From an uncultured Solirubrobacteraceae bacterium (GTDB taxonomy: Bacteria > Actinomycetota > Thermoleophilia > Solirubrobacterales > Solirubrobacteraceae): a stretch of DNA of 64,000 nucleotides. The position numbers were made by a program, and so were the translations under genes. Location of the stretch: the NCBI GenBank assembly GCA_963827335.1, contig CAWHAP010000014.1:88554-152553 (forward strand), given 5' to 3'. This document shows positions 53,420-61,541 of the stretch, piece after piece (position 1 is the stretch's first letter; every line of letters starts with the position of its first letter). The notes beneath the pieces were generated by a model. It searched no databases, had not been told where the DNA came from, and saw only the letters and a program-made list of their open reading frames with translations.

Positions 53420-54462
53420 CACGTGACCTCGAAGAAGCCCTGCCAGCCGAGCTCGGTGAACTCGGACTGGTGGGCGTGGAACATGAACTTGCCGGCGTGC
53501 GGGAAGCGCCACTCGAGGATCCCGCGCTGGCCCTGGCAGAGCATCACGGTGTCCGTGAGCTCCGACGGGGTCTTGCCGGTCCCGGTCGGGTAGTAGTGGA
53601 ACAGGTTCCCGTGCAGGTGGAACGAGTTGATCAGGTCGTACTCGAGCACGTTGACGAGGTAGACGCGGACCAGCTCGTCGCGCGCCGCGGCGATCGGCGT
53701 GTCCATGTAGGCGAAGCCGATCGTGTTGGCCGCGTAGACCTCGTTGGCGCGGTCGAAGTTCGTGTCGAACCCGTTCATGACCATCACCAGCTCGTCGGCG
53801 TCCTCGCGCCCGTCGGCGGGGTCGACGATGAACGCGCCGTACAGGCCCTTGGCGATGTGCTCGGCGAGGGGGCGGACGTGGCAGTGGTAGAGGTGCAGCC
53901 CGGCGGGCAGCGCGTCGAACTCGTAGACGGTGCTCCCGCCCGGGGGGATCTCGCCCGCGCCGAGCCCGGGCACGCCGTCCATCTCGGCCGGGTGGATGCC
54001 GTGGAAGTGGATCGTGTGCGGATGGGCGGAGCCGTTGGCGAACGTGATCCGCAGCCGCTCGCCCTCCCGGCAGCGCAGCGTCGGCCCCGGGATGCGGCCG
54101 TTGTAGGTCCACGCCGCGAAGCGCACGCCGGGCGCGACCTCGATCTCGCGGTCGACGGCGTGCAGCTCCCACTCGCGCAGCACGCGGCCGTTCGCCATCC
54201 GGGTCGTCGTGCCCCAGTCGAAGTCGCGCAGGATCTCGTGCGGGTCGAAGCCGTTCGCCGCGTGGTCCACCGTCCGGCCGTCGCGGAAGCTCGCGTGCCC
54301 GCCGTGCGTCGCCGTGGCGGCGTGCCCCTCGTGCGTGCCCGCCGCGAGCGCCTCGTGCTCCCACGGGTGGCCGTGCGGGACGACGGAGTGCAGCGCCGCC
54401 GCCACGCCGCCGGCGGCCGGCACGGAGGCGGCGAGCAGGCGGCGGCGGCTGAGCTTGGGCAT
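53419..54462 (-). CDS. Tat-exported two-domain multicopper oxidase
   Basis: MPKLSRRRLLAAS twin-arginine signal. Cu-binding motifs HTIHFHG, LYHCHV, FHLHG and FHAHQ. 347 aa. Confidence 0.8.
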   Translation of the reverse strand: MPKLSRRRLLAASVPAAGGVAAALHSVVPHGHPWEHEALAAGTHEGHAATATHGGHASFRDGRTVDHAANGFDPHEILRDFDWGTTTRMANGRVLREWELHAVDREIEVAPGVRFAAWTYNGRIPGPTLRCREGERLRITFANGSAHPHTIHFHGIHPAEMDGVPGLGAGEIPPGGSTVYEFDALPAGLHLYHCHVRPLAEHIAKGLYGAFIVDPADGREDADELVMVMNGFDTNFDRANEVYAANTIGFAYMDTPIAAARDELVRVYLVNVLEYDLINSFHLHGNLFHYYPTGTGKTPSELTDTVMLCQGQRGILEWRFPHAGKFMFHAHQSEFTELGWQGFFEVT

Positions 54463-54494
54463 GACAGTGATTATGGCACGCCTAAATCTCGGGT

Positions 54495-54524
54495 GTCCAG
54501 CGAGGCGAGGGCGGCGGCTACAAT
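54495..54524 (+). promoter_or_regulatory. promoter-like TGTCCA-18-TACAAT upstream of tRNA-Trp
   Basis: The TACAAT hexamer at 54519-54524 ends 18 nt before the tRNA 5' end. Comparable TAnnAT hexamers precede the other tRNA genes in the window. Confidence 0.4.
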
Positions 54525-54542
54525 CGCCCGGCGTCACCCTCG

Positions 54543-54614
54543 GGGGGACTGGTCCAACGGCTAGGATGGCGGTCTCCAAAACCGCAGGTTGGGGTTCGAT
54601 TCCCTGGTCCCCCG
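54543..54614 (+). tRNA. tRNA-Trp (anticodon CCA)
   Basis: Acceptor GGGGGAC/GTCCCCC, anticodon arm GCGGT-CTCCAAA-ACCGC, T loop TTCGATT. The T stem has two G-U pairs. Confidence 0.8.
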
Positions 54615-54615
54615 C

Positions 54616-55263
54616 TTGATCCGCGCCGTCATCTTCGATCTCGACGGCCTCCTGCTCGACTCGGAGTCCGCCTGGGACGGCGGTCGCCGGGCGCTCGTCG
54701 CCGAGCACGGCCTCGACTGGCCCGACGGGGCGACGGAGGCGATGCTCGGCATGAGCTCGCCGGAATGGTCGCGCCACGTCCGCGACGAGCTGGGCGTGGA
54801 CCTCGATCCCGCGGCGATCAGCGACCGCGTCGTCGCGCACGTGCTCGACACCTACGCCGAGCGGCTGCCGCTGCTGCCGGGCGCCGAGGCCGCGGTCGCG
54901 CGGATCGCGGAGCGCTGGCCGCTCGCGCTCGCGTCCTCCTCCAACAAGGAGGTCATCGACCGGGTGCTGGCGACCTCCGGCTGGGACGCGGTCTTCCGCG
55001 TGTGGGTGTCCTCGGAGGAGGTCGGCCGCGGCAAGCCGGCGCCCGACGTGTTCCTGGAGGCGGCCCGCCGGATCGCGGTCGACCCGGCCGAGGCGGCCGG
55101 CGTCGAGGACTCGCACAACGGCATCCTGGCGGCGCGCGCGGCCGGGCTGCGCGTGATCGCGATCCCCAACCACGAGTTCCCTCCGGGGGACGAGGCCCTC
55201 GGCGCCGCCGACGTGGTGCTCGGCGGGCTGGACGAGCTCACGCCCGCCGTGATCGAGGGATAG
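54616..55263 (+). CDS. HAD-superfamily hydrolase (beta-phosphoglucomutase-like phosphatase subfamily)
   Basis: AVIFDLDGLLLDSE (DxD motif I), SSSN (motif II) and GVEDSHNGILAARAAG (motif IV). The only start upstream of motif I that does not lie inside the tRNA is TTG 54616. Confidence 0.8.
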   Translation: MIRAVIFDLDGLLLDSESAWDGGRRALVAEHGLDWPDGATEAMLGMSSPEWSRHVRDELGVDLDPAAISDRVVAHVLDTYAERLPLLPGAEAAVARIAERWPLALASSSNKEVIDRVLATSGWDAVFRVWVSSEEVGRGKPAPDVFLEAARRIAVDPAEAAGVEDSHNGILAARAAGLRVIAIPNHEFPPGDEALGAADVVLGGLDELTPAVIEG

Positions 55264-55268
55264 GGCGG

Positions 55269-55304
55269 CCGGCTGGGCGGGCCCTGCGACCCCCGCCCAG
55301 CCGG
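55269..55304. terminator. GC-rich hairpin between convergent genes
   Basis: CCGGCTGGGCGGG - 10 nt - CCCGCCCAGCCGG, a perfect 13-bp stem, 5 nt after the HAD stop. No U-tract. Confidence 0.45.
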
Positions 55305-55310
55305 TCGTCC

Positions 55311-55448
55311 CTACGTGCGGGGCGGCTCGACGAGGACGAGCTTCCCGCGGTTCAGCAGTGCGGCGAGCGTGCAGGCCTTCTCGATCTGCGCGTACGAATA
55401 TCGAGTCGGGTTGTGCAGCGTCTCGATGTGAACGCCTGGGATCTGCAT
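55311..55448 (-). CDS. 45-aa ORF in a lower-GC patch (hypothetical; not in the supplied track)
   Basis: I translated it by hand: MQIPGVHIETLHNPTRYSYAQIEKACTLAALLNRGKLVLVEPPRT. The composition is not shadow-like, and the codons include several A/T-ending ones. Weak RBS. Confidence 0.3.
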   Translation of the reverse strand: MQIPGVHIETLHNPTRYSYAQIEKACTLAALLNRGKLVLVEPPRT

Positions 55449-55532
55449 GTCCGGGTTGTTCCCCGAAACCGGCCCCGGCTATCAGCGACCGGGGGCGGAT
55501 CTGACCGGTGCGCGCGTAGACTCGCTTGCCGC

Positions 55533-56372
55533 ATGACCGGCTCGGAGGTGTTCGCCGACGGCGCGCTCGCGGGCCGGGCCGTCCTCGTCACGGGCGGCGG
55601 GACCGGCCTCGGCCGCGCCGCCGCCGCCGAGCTGCGCCGCTGCGGCGCCGAGGTCGTCATCTGCGGCCGCCGGGCCGGCGTGCTCGCCGCGACGGCCGAG
55701 GAGCTGGGCTGCGGGTTCGTGCCCGGCGACGTGCGCGAGGACGCCGACGCCGAGCGGATCGTGCGCGGGGCGCTCGAGCGCTGCGGCCGGCTCGACGCGC
55801 TCGTCAACAACGCCGGCGGGCAGTACTTCACGCCCGCCGAGGCGATCGAGCCGAAGGGCTGGCGGGCGGTCACGCGGCTCAACGTGGGCGGGACGGAGCG
55901 GATGACGCGGCTCGCGGTCGACCTGGCGTTCCGCCCGGGCGGCGGCGGCACCGTGGTCAACGTCACGCTCTCCCCGCACCACGGGCTCGCGGGCATGACG
56001 CACTCGAGCGCCGCGCGGGCGGCGGTCGAGGGCTACACGCGCGCGCAGGCGCAGGCGTGGGAGGCCGACGGCGTGTCGGTGATCGCCGTCGCCGCGGGCG
56101 TGTTCGACACGGCGGCGCTGCGCAAGTACCCCGAGCCGGTCTGGCGCGCCGCCGCACGCACGGTGCCGCTCCAACGGCTGGGGGAGGAGCGCGAGCACGC
56201 CTGGCTCGTCGCGCTCTGCTGCTCACCGCTCGGCGCCGCGCTCTCGGGGTCGGTCGTCACGCTGGACGGGGCGCGCGACAACTGGTTCGGGCCGTGGCCG
56301 CCGGAGGCGCTGTCGGGCGAGGAGGGCGACGTCCCGGCCGAGGCCCGCGGGCCGAAGCCGCCGGGCTCCTGA
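55533..56372 (+). CDS. SDR family oxidoreductase
   Basis: VLVTGGGTGLGRAAA cofactor motif and NNAGG. 279 aa. The upstream part of ORF 54765..56372 is shadow frame. Confidence 0.8.
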   Translation: MTGSEVFADGALAGRAVLVTGGGTGLGRAAAAELRRCGAEVVICGRRAGVLAATAEELGCGFVPGDVREDADAERIVRGALERCGRLDALVNNAGGQYFTPAEAIEPKGWRAVTRLNVGGTERMTRLAVDLAFRPGGGGTVVNVTLSPHHGLAGMTHSSAARAAVEGYTRAQAQAWEADGVSVIAVAAGVFDTAALRKYPEPVWRAAARTVPLQRLGEEREHAWLVALCCSPLGAALSGSVVTLDGARDNWFGPWPPEALSGEEGDVPAEARGPKPPGS

Positions 56373-56397
56373 CCGGCGCCCCTGGGGCGGCTATGAT
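56369..56397 (+). promoter_or_regulatory. promoter-like CTGACC-17-TATGAT upstream of tRNA-Gly/tRNA-Pro
   Basis: The -10-like TATGAT at 56392-56397 ends 12 nt before tRNA-Gly. The -35-like hexamer overlaps the SDR stop codon. Confidence 0.4.
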
Positions 56398-56409
56398 CGG
56401 GTCGTCCGC

Positions 56410-56480
56410 GCGGGCGAAGTGTTGTGGTTGCACAGAAGCCTTCCAAGCTTCTAGGGCGGGTTCGATTCCCGTCGCCCGCT
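56410..56480 (+). tRNA. tRNA-Gly (anticodon TCC)
   Basis: Acceptor GCGGGCG/CGCCCGC, anticodon arm GAAGC-CTTCCAA-GCTTC, T arm GCGGG-TTCGATT-CCCGT. 71 nt. Confidence 0.9.
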
Positions 56481-56493
56481 TGCGTGACAGCCA

Positions 56494-56567
56494 CGGGGAG
56501 TGGCGCAGTCTGGTAGCGCACCCGGCTGGGGGCCGGGCGGTCGCAGGTTCAAATCCTGTCTCCCCGA
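56494..56567 (+). tRNA. tRNA-Pro (anticodon GGG)
   Basis: Acceptor CGGGGAG/CTCCCCG, D arm GCGC/GCGC, anticodon arm CCCGG-CTGGGGG-CCGGG, T arm GCAGG-TTCAAAT-CCTGT. 74 nt. Confidence 0.9.
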
Positions 56568-56835
56568 TCATCACCTCGATAGGGACGCCGTGACGAACGG
56601 GCCCTCACCTCTCCGGGAGCGACGTTCGCAAACGGCAGCGGCCACTCGACGACGGGCGTACACGCGGTCGACCGTCAGCCGCGACTCGGACAGCCATGAG
56701 GGGGAGGGGGAGGACTCTCGAAAGGCTCAACACGGACGGTGCTTCTCACGCTCTCGCGAGAAACGCTCGGGGAAACGCGGGCCTCGTGGCCCACAAACGA
56801 CGACTCCGTCAACGCTCGAGCGGTCTGGCGCTCGA

Positions 56836-56994
56836 GGGCGTTCCGCACGTGTCGCGCTCGGCGTCGCCCTGATCGCACGCGGCGGCATGCGTGTGCGCAG
56901 CGCCGCCAGCGGCGTTCCGCAAGCCACGCTGCACGACGCCGCGCGTCGCGTTCGTGGTTGCTTCGATTACAGGGATGCCGGGCGGGGTCGATGA
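56836..56994 (+). pseudogene. possible remnant of a transposase/recombinase N-terminal helix-turn-helix
   Basis: ARVALGVALIARGGMRVRSAASGVPQATLHDAARRVRG resembles the HTH of IS481/IS630-type transposases. It has no credible start and lies in a lower-GC stretch after tRNA-Pro. Confidence 0.3.
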
Positions 56995-57044
56995 CGATGG
57001 TGGAGCGACCGCTGCGCACCCCTGCGCGCGGCCGCCGGACATCC

Positions 57045-57473
57045 ATGCTCACCCGGCTACGCGCACAACAGGGCTTCATGCTCATCGAGCTGCTCGTCGT
57101 CATCGTGATCATCGGCATCCTCGCCGCGATCGCGCTTCCGTCGTTCCTCGCGCACCGCGCCAAGGCGTACGACGCCAGTGCCAAGGCGATGGTCCGCCAT
57201 GCACAGACCGCGATCGAGACCCACGGGTTGGCGAAGCAGACCTACGTCGGCGCCACGGTCGCTGCGCTGCGCGTGATCGACCCGCATCTCAACCAGCCCG
57301 CACCCCCGACGCTCGCGGCGCCCAGCGCGCTCAGCGCCACCGGCTACGTCGTCATCGTCACCTCCCGGACCGGCAACACGTTCAGGATCACGCGAGCCAC
57401 CACGGGGGTCGTCACCCGAGTGTGCACGCGTAGCAATCAGCGGGGCGGCTGCCCGGCGGTGCTGCGCTGGTAG
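57045..57473 (+). CDS. type IV pilin / pseudopilin with class III (prepilin) signal peptide
   Basis: MLTRLRAQQG|FMLIELLVVIVIIGILAAIALPSF has Gly-1, Phe+1 and Glu+5. C-terminal Cys pair (VCTRSNQRGGC). 142 aa. Longer starts at 56991/56997 are possible. Confidence 0.8.
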   Translation: MLTRLRAQQGFMLIELLVVIVIIGILAAIALPSFLAHRAKAYDASAKAMVRHAQTAIETHGLAKQTYVGATVAALRVIDPHLNQPAPPTLAAPSALSATGYVVIVTSRTGNTFRITRATTGVVTRVCTRSNQRGGCPAVLRW

Positions 57474-57513
57474 TCCGCAGCTAGGCGGGGGTCTCGGCCC
57501 GGAGCGAGGTCCC

Positions 57514-57650
57514 GTGCTGCAACTGGGCCACGACGACGGCGGCAAGCTCGTGTGCGAGCTCTACCGGCACCCGACGCGGCGCTCGCCCGCCAGCGCATCC
57601 GCGAAGCGTTCCGCACGGGCGCGAACGTGGCGACGCTGGACACGAGATGA
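57514..57650 (+). pseudogene. possible C-terminal fragment of a tyrosine recombinase (frameshifted)
   Basis: VLQLGHDDGGKLVCELYRHP (LGH...Y.H pattern). After a frame change it reads DAALARQRIREAFRTGANVATLDTR and stops. In-frame stops lie immediately upstream. The evidence is weak and motif-level only. Confidence 0.3.
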
Positions 57651-57712
57651 GACACGACGGGCAAGCAAAGCGCGGCGTAGAGCGCAACTGGCCCCTCCTC
57701 CCCGATCACACG

Positions 57713-57745
57713 AAGGCCCTGCAACGCGGGGCCTTTCGCCTTTCT
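57713..57745 (+). terminator. hairpin followed by a T-rich tract
   Basis: AAGGCCC - 9 nt - GGGCCTT followed by TCGCCTTTCT. Confidence 0.35.
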
Positions 57746-57890
57746 CGGCCGAACGCTCGCGCGGCGCCGGGGTCCACGTCGGGTCCAATGGCGCGACCAC
57801 GCTTGTCGCCACGGTCGTCCTCGCCCTCGCCGCATCGGTCGCCGACTCCGGGTCCGTCGCCCGGACGAGGCGTATGCTCCGGCGCAGGCC

Positions 57891-58823
57891 GTGCCGCTGC
57901 TCTGGCGAATCTTCGTGGGCAACGCCCTGGTGCTCGGGGTCGCGACGACGGCGCTGGTGCTCACGCCCGTGACGGTCTCGTTCCCGGCCGCCGAGCGCGA
58001 GCTGGTGGTCCTCGCGGCGGGGCTCGCGGTGATGCTGCTGGTCAACTACGTGTTGCTGCGACGCGCCGTGGCGCCGCTCCGGCGGCTCGCGCTGGTGATG
58101 CGGGAGGTGGATCCGCTGGCGCCGGGCCGGCGGGCGCGCCTGCCGGGCGCGCCGGCGGAGGTGGCGGAGCTCGGGGTCGCGTTCGACCAGATGCTGCAGC
58201 GGCTCGAGGCCGAGCGGCGTGAGTCGGCTCGCCGGGCGCTGGCTGCCCAGGAGGCCGAGCGGCTGCGGATCGCGCGCGAGCTGCACGACGAGGTCGGGCA
58301 GGCGCTCACGGCGGTGCTGCTGCAGCTCGACCGCGTCCAGGTCGCAGTGGACGGGGAGCCTGCCGAGCGGATCCGCGAGGCGCGAGAGACCGCACGCGAG
58401 ACGCTCGAGGAGGTGCGGGCGATCGCGCGGAACCTGCGTCCCGAGGCGTTGGACGACCTCGGCCTGGCGGCCGCGTTGCGGCAGTTGTGCCTCGAGGCGG
58501 AGCGGGCGGGCGCGATGGTCGAGCGCGTGATCGCTTCGGGCATCTCGCTCGATGCCGAGGCGGAGGTCGTGGTCTATCGCGTCGCGCAGGAGGCGATCAC
58601 GAACGCGCTGCGCCATGCGGGCGCGGAGCGCATCAGGATCAGGTTCGGTCGGGAGGGCGGCACGACGGTGCTTTGCGTGGACGATGACGGGAGTGGGACC
58701 TTGGGCGCCGAGGAGGGCGCAGGCGTGCGGGGGATGCGTGAGCGCGCCGTGCTGGTCGGCGGGGCGCTGGAGCTGAGCGCAGCGCCGGGCGGCGGGACGT
58801 CGGTGACCCTGAGGTTGCCGTGA
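57891..58823 (+). CDS. membrane sensor histidine kinase (HAMP + HisKA_3 + HATPase)
   Basis: GTG start. Two N-terminal TM segments. H-box ERLRIARELHDEVGQALT. Motifs QEAITNALRHAGA, DDDGSG and GVRGMRERA. Confidence 0.9.
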   Translation: MPLLWRIFVGNALVLGVATTALVLTPVTVSFPAAERELVVLAAGLAVMLLVNYVLLRRAVAPLRRLALVMREVDPLAPGRRARLPGAPAEVAELGVAFDQMLQRLEAERRESARRALAAQEAERLRIARELHDEVGQALTAVLLQLDRVQVAVDGEPAERIREARETARETLEEVRAIARNLRPEALDDLGLAAALRQLCLEAERAGAMVERVIASGISLDAEAEVVVYRVAQEAITNALRHAGAERIRIRFGREGGTTVLCVDDDGSGTLGAEEGAGVRGMRERAVLVGGALELSAAPGGGTSVTLRLP

Positions 58824-59458
58824 CGGCTGCGCGGATCCTGTTGGCCGACGACCACGCGATGGTCCGCAAGGGGTTGCGGATGGTCCTCGATGCGCAGCCC
58901 GATCTGACGGTGGTCGCGGAGGCGGGGGACGGCGCGGAGGCGATCGAGCTCGGCATCCGTGAGGACGTTGACTTGGCGGTGCTGGATGTCTCGATGCCGA
59001 AGTTCACCGGTCTGCAGGCCGCCGCCGAGCTGGCGCGCCGGCGGCCGGGGTTGCGGATCTTGATGCTCTCGATGCACGATTCGGAGCAGTACCTGTTCGA
59101 GGCGCTGAGGGCGGGTGCGTCGGGCTATGTGCTCAAGTCGGGGGCGGACCGCGACCTGGTGGAGGCGTGCCGGGCGGCGATGCGTGGCGAGCCGTTCCTG
59201 TATCCGGCCGCCGTCACGCGGCTGATCGGTGACATGCTGGCTCGGCCGGAGGAGCCGGTGGATCCGCTGACGCCGCGCGAGCTGCAGGTGGTCAAGCTGA
59301 TCGCGGAGGCGCACACGAGCGAGCAGATCGCGGAGTTGTTGGTGATCAGCCCGCGCACGGTGGATCGCCATCGCGAGAACATCCTGGCCAAGCTCGGGAT
59401 GCGCGATCGCGTCGAGCTGACCCGCTACGCGATCCGGCGCGGTCTCATCGAGCCCTGA
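58820..59458 (+). CDS. NarL/LuxR-family response regulator
   Basis: The GTG overlaps the kinase stop (GTGA). ILLADDHAMVRKGL, LDVSMP, and the LuxR HTH LTPRELQVVKLIAEAHTSEQIAELLVISPRTVDRH. Confidence 0.9.
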   Translation: MTAARILLADDHAMVRKGLRMVLDAQPDLTVVAEAGDGAEAIELGIREDVDLAVLDVSMPKFTGLQAAAELARRRPGLRILMLSMHDSEQYLFEALRAGASGYVLKSGADRDLVEACRAAMRGEPFLYPAAVTRLIGDMLARPEEPVDPLTPRELQVVKLIAEAHTSEQIAELLVISPRTVDRHRENILAKLGMRDRVELTRYAIRRGLIEP

Positions 59459-59536
59459 AGATGGGAGCGCGCTCGCTCCGGGATGGGAGCGTCCGCCCAT
59501 GGAAGCGACGCGACAGCCTGCGCAGGATGGGCCGTC

Positions 59537-59827
59537 GTGCGCGTCCTGGTGCTGTGGATCCGCTGCTACGTCATCTCGGCCGAGGAGGACGCGCGCTGGG
59601 CGCACGAGGAGACCGAGAAGCTCCGCGCGTGTGACGGGGTGCTGGACCTCGCGCTGCATCGCGTCGAGAAGGTCGGGACGCGGCATGTCCGTCAGTGGGA
59701 CTGGTGCCTCGAGCTGCACGTGGCCGGCGGCGAGGTCATGCGCCAGCGGCGGCTCGCGGAGTTCGTCGCTGATCTGCGGCTGCTGGGAACGCGGCCGGCC
59801 ATGCTCGCGCTTCCGGAGGCCGTGTGA
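59537..59827 (+). CDS. small hypothetical protein
   Basis: VRVLVLWIRCYVISAEEDARWAHEETEKLRACDGVLDLALHRVE... The start is uncertain (GTG 59537 chosen; the track ORF begins at 59483). Its stop overlaps the next start (GTGATG). Confidence 0.45.
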   Translation: MRVLVLWIRCYVISAEEDARWAHEETEKLRACDGVLDLALHRVEKVGTRHVRQWDWCLELHVAGGEVMRQRRLAEFVADLRLLGTRPAMLALPEAV

Positions 59828-61080
59828 TGGCCCTGGCCGTCGGCATCTTCGTGGTCGCGCTGGGCGTGATCGTCAGCGAGAAGGTCCATCGGACCAAGAT
59901 CGCGCTCGCGGGCGCCGTGGCGGTCGTGGTGACGCAGACCGTCAGTCAGGAGGAGGCGATCGGCGCGATCGACTTCAACACGCTGGGGCTGCTGGCGGGG
60001 ATGATGCTGATCGTCCGGCTGACCGAGACGACCGGGGTCTACACGTACCTGGCGATCCGCGCCGGGCAGCTCGCGCGCGGCCGTCCGCTGCTCGTGGTGC
60101 TCGCGCTCGCCGGGTCGACCGCGCTGCTCAGCGCGTTCCTGGACAACCTCACGACCGTGCTCCTGATCGTGCCGATCACGTTCCTGCTGGCCGACACGCT
60201 CGATATCGATCCGCTGCCGCTGGTGCTGATCGAGATCATCACCTCCAACATAGGCGGCACCGCGACGCTGATCGGCGACCCGCCGAACATCATGATCGCC
60301 GGCGCGACCGGACTGAGCTTCGTCGAGTTCATCGTCAATCTCGCGCCGATCGCGATCGTCACGTTCGTCGTGATCACCGGGGTCCTCTACCTGTGGTTTC
60401 GCCCGCGGCTGCAGATCGCGCCCGAGGCGCGCGACCGGGTGATGGAGCTCGACGCGCGCCGCTCGATCGAGGACCCCGAGGAGCTCAAGCGCGCCCTGCC
60501 GGTCCTGCTCGGGACGATCCTGCTGTTCTTCGTGCACAAGCCGCTGCACCTGGAGCCCGCGACCGTCGCGATGCTTGGCGCGACCGTGCTGTTGCTGGTC
60601 ACGACCCAGCCGTTGGAGTCCTCGCTGGCGGGGATCGAGTGGGCGACGCTGTTCTTCTTCATCGGCCTGTTCGTGATGGTCGGCGCGCTGGAGGAGACGG
60701 GCGCGATCGGGGAGATCGCCGACGGCGTCGCCGAGCTCACCGGCGGCGATCGCACCGCGGAGCTGATGGGCATCATGTGGATCTCCGGGATCGCCTCCGG
60801 CATCGTGGACAACATCCCGTTCACCGCCACGATGATCCCTGTGGTGGAGCAGCTCCAGGGCGAGACCATGGACGACGCCTACTGGTGGGCGCTGGCGCTC
60901 GGCGCGTGCTTCGGCGGCAACTTCACGCTCGTGGCGGCCGCGGCCAACGTCGCAGCCGCGGGCATGGCCGAGCGCGCCGGGCGGCCGATCCGGTTCGTCG
61001 AGTTCCTCAAGGTGGGCGTGCCTGCGACGCTGATCTCTCTGCTGCTCGCGACCGTCTACGTTCTGCTGAGGTATGCCTGA
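59824..61080 (+). CDS. ArsB/NhaD-superfamily permease (citrate-transporter-like anion/ion permease)
   Basis: 418 aa, about 10-12 TM helices. Motifs LSAFLDNLTTVLLIVPIT, SNIGGTATLIGDPPNIMI and GIVDNIPFTATMIPV are typical of this family. Confidence 0.8.
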   Translation: MMALAVGIFVVALGVIVSEKVHRTKIALAGAVAVVVTQTVSQEEAIGAIDFNTLGLLAGMMLIVRLTETTGVYTYLAIRAGQLARGRPLLVVLALAGSTALLSAFLDNLTTVLLIVPITFLLADTLDIDPLPLVLIEIITSNIGGTATLIGDPPNIMIAGATGLSFVEFIVNLAPIAIVTFVVITGVLYLWFRPRLQIAPEARDRVMELDARRSIEDPEELKRALPVLLGTILLFFVHKPLHLEPATVAMLGATVLLLVTTQPLESSLAGIEWATLFFFIGLFVMVGALEETGAIGEIADGVAELTGGDRTAELMGIMWISGIASGIVDNIPFTATMIPVVEQLQGETMDDAYWWALALGACFGGNFTLVAAAANVAAAGMAERAGRPIRFVEFLKVGVPATLISLLLATVYVLLRYA

Positions 61081-61541
61081 TGAGCCCCCGCGCCATCGCC
61101 GCGCTCGTGCACCGAGACGCCCCGCTCCTGCGGGCTGATCAGCCGATCGGCGAAGCCCTCGGCATCCTCCTGGGGTCCGAGCTCCCGGCCCTCCCGGTGA
61201 TCGACGACGAGCGCTACGTCGGCATCTTCGGCGAGCGCGAGTTCATCACCGCCCTGTTCCCCGGCTACGTCGGGAGCCTCAAGCATGCCGGCTTCGTCAC
61301 GAAGTCGATCGACGCGGTGCTCGAGAAGCGCCACGCCTGCCGGTTCGAGCCGGTCGCCCGGCACATGAACACCGAGCACGTCGACGTCGGTACCGACTTC
61401 TCCGACGTCGGCCTGGCCGAGATCTTCATCCACCATCGGGTCCTCATCGTCCCGGTCACGGACCGCAAGCACGTCGTGGGCGTGATCACGCGCTCGGACT
61501 TCTTCAGGGTCCTCGCGCAGCGCTTCATCGACGGCGCATGA
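61080..61541 (+). CDS. CBS-pair domain protein
   Basis: The ATG overlaps the upstream stop (TGATG). LPALPVIDDERYVGIFGEREF and HRVLIVPVTDRKHVVGVITRSDF are two CBS motifs. Confidence 0.8.
   Translation: MSPRAIAALVHRDAPLLRADQPIGEALGILLGSELPALPVIDDERYVGIFGEREFITALFPGYVGSLKHAGFVTKSIDAVLEKRHACRFEPVARHMNTEHVDVGTDFSDVGLAEIFIHHRVLIVPVTDRKHVVGVITRSDFFRVLAQRFIDGA

Noticed and set aside
52205-54462. ZIP transporter and multicopper oxidase as part of the protease/lanthionine operon (for example metal supply for the Cys-rich tail)
   Set aside because: They are on the opposite strand in convergent orientation and form their own translationally coupled pair. A functional link is possible, but the sequence does not support it.
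54589-54615. ATG 54589 as the start of the HAD hydrolase gene
   Set aside because: It lies inside the T-arm of tRNA-Trp. TTG 54616 gives the canonical distance to the DxD motif without overlapping the tRNA.
57514-57972. 152-aa ORF 57514..57972 as a real gene
   Set aside because: Only the first ~20 residues resemble anything (a recombinase C-terminal motif). The remainder is Arg/Ser-rich and overlaps the promoter region and start of the kinase gene.
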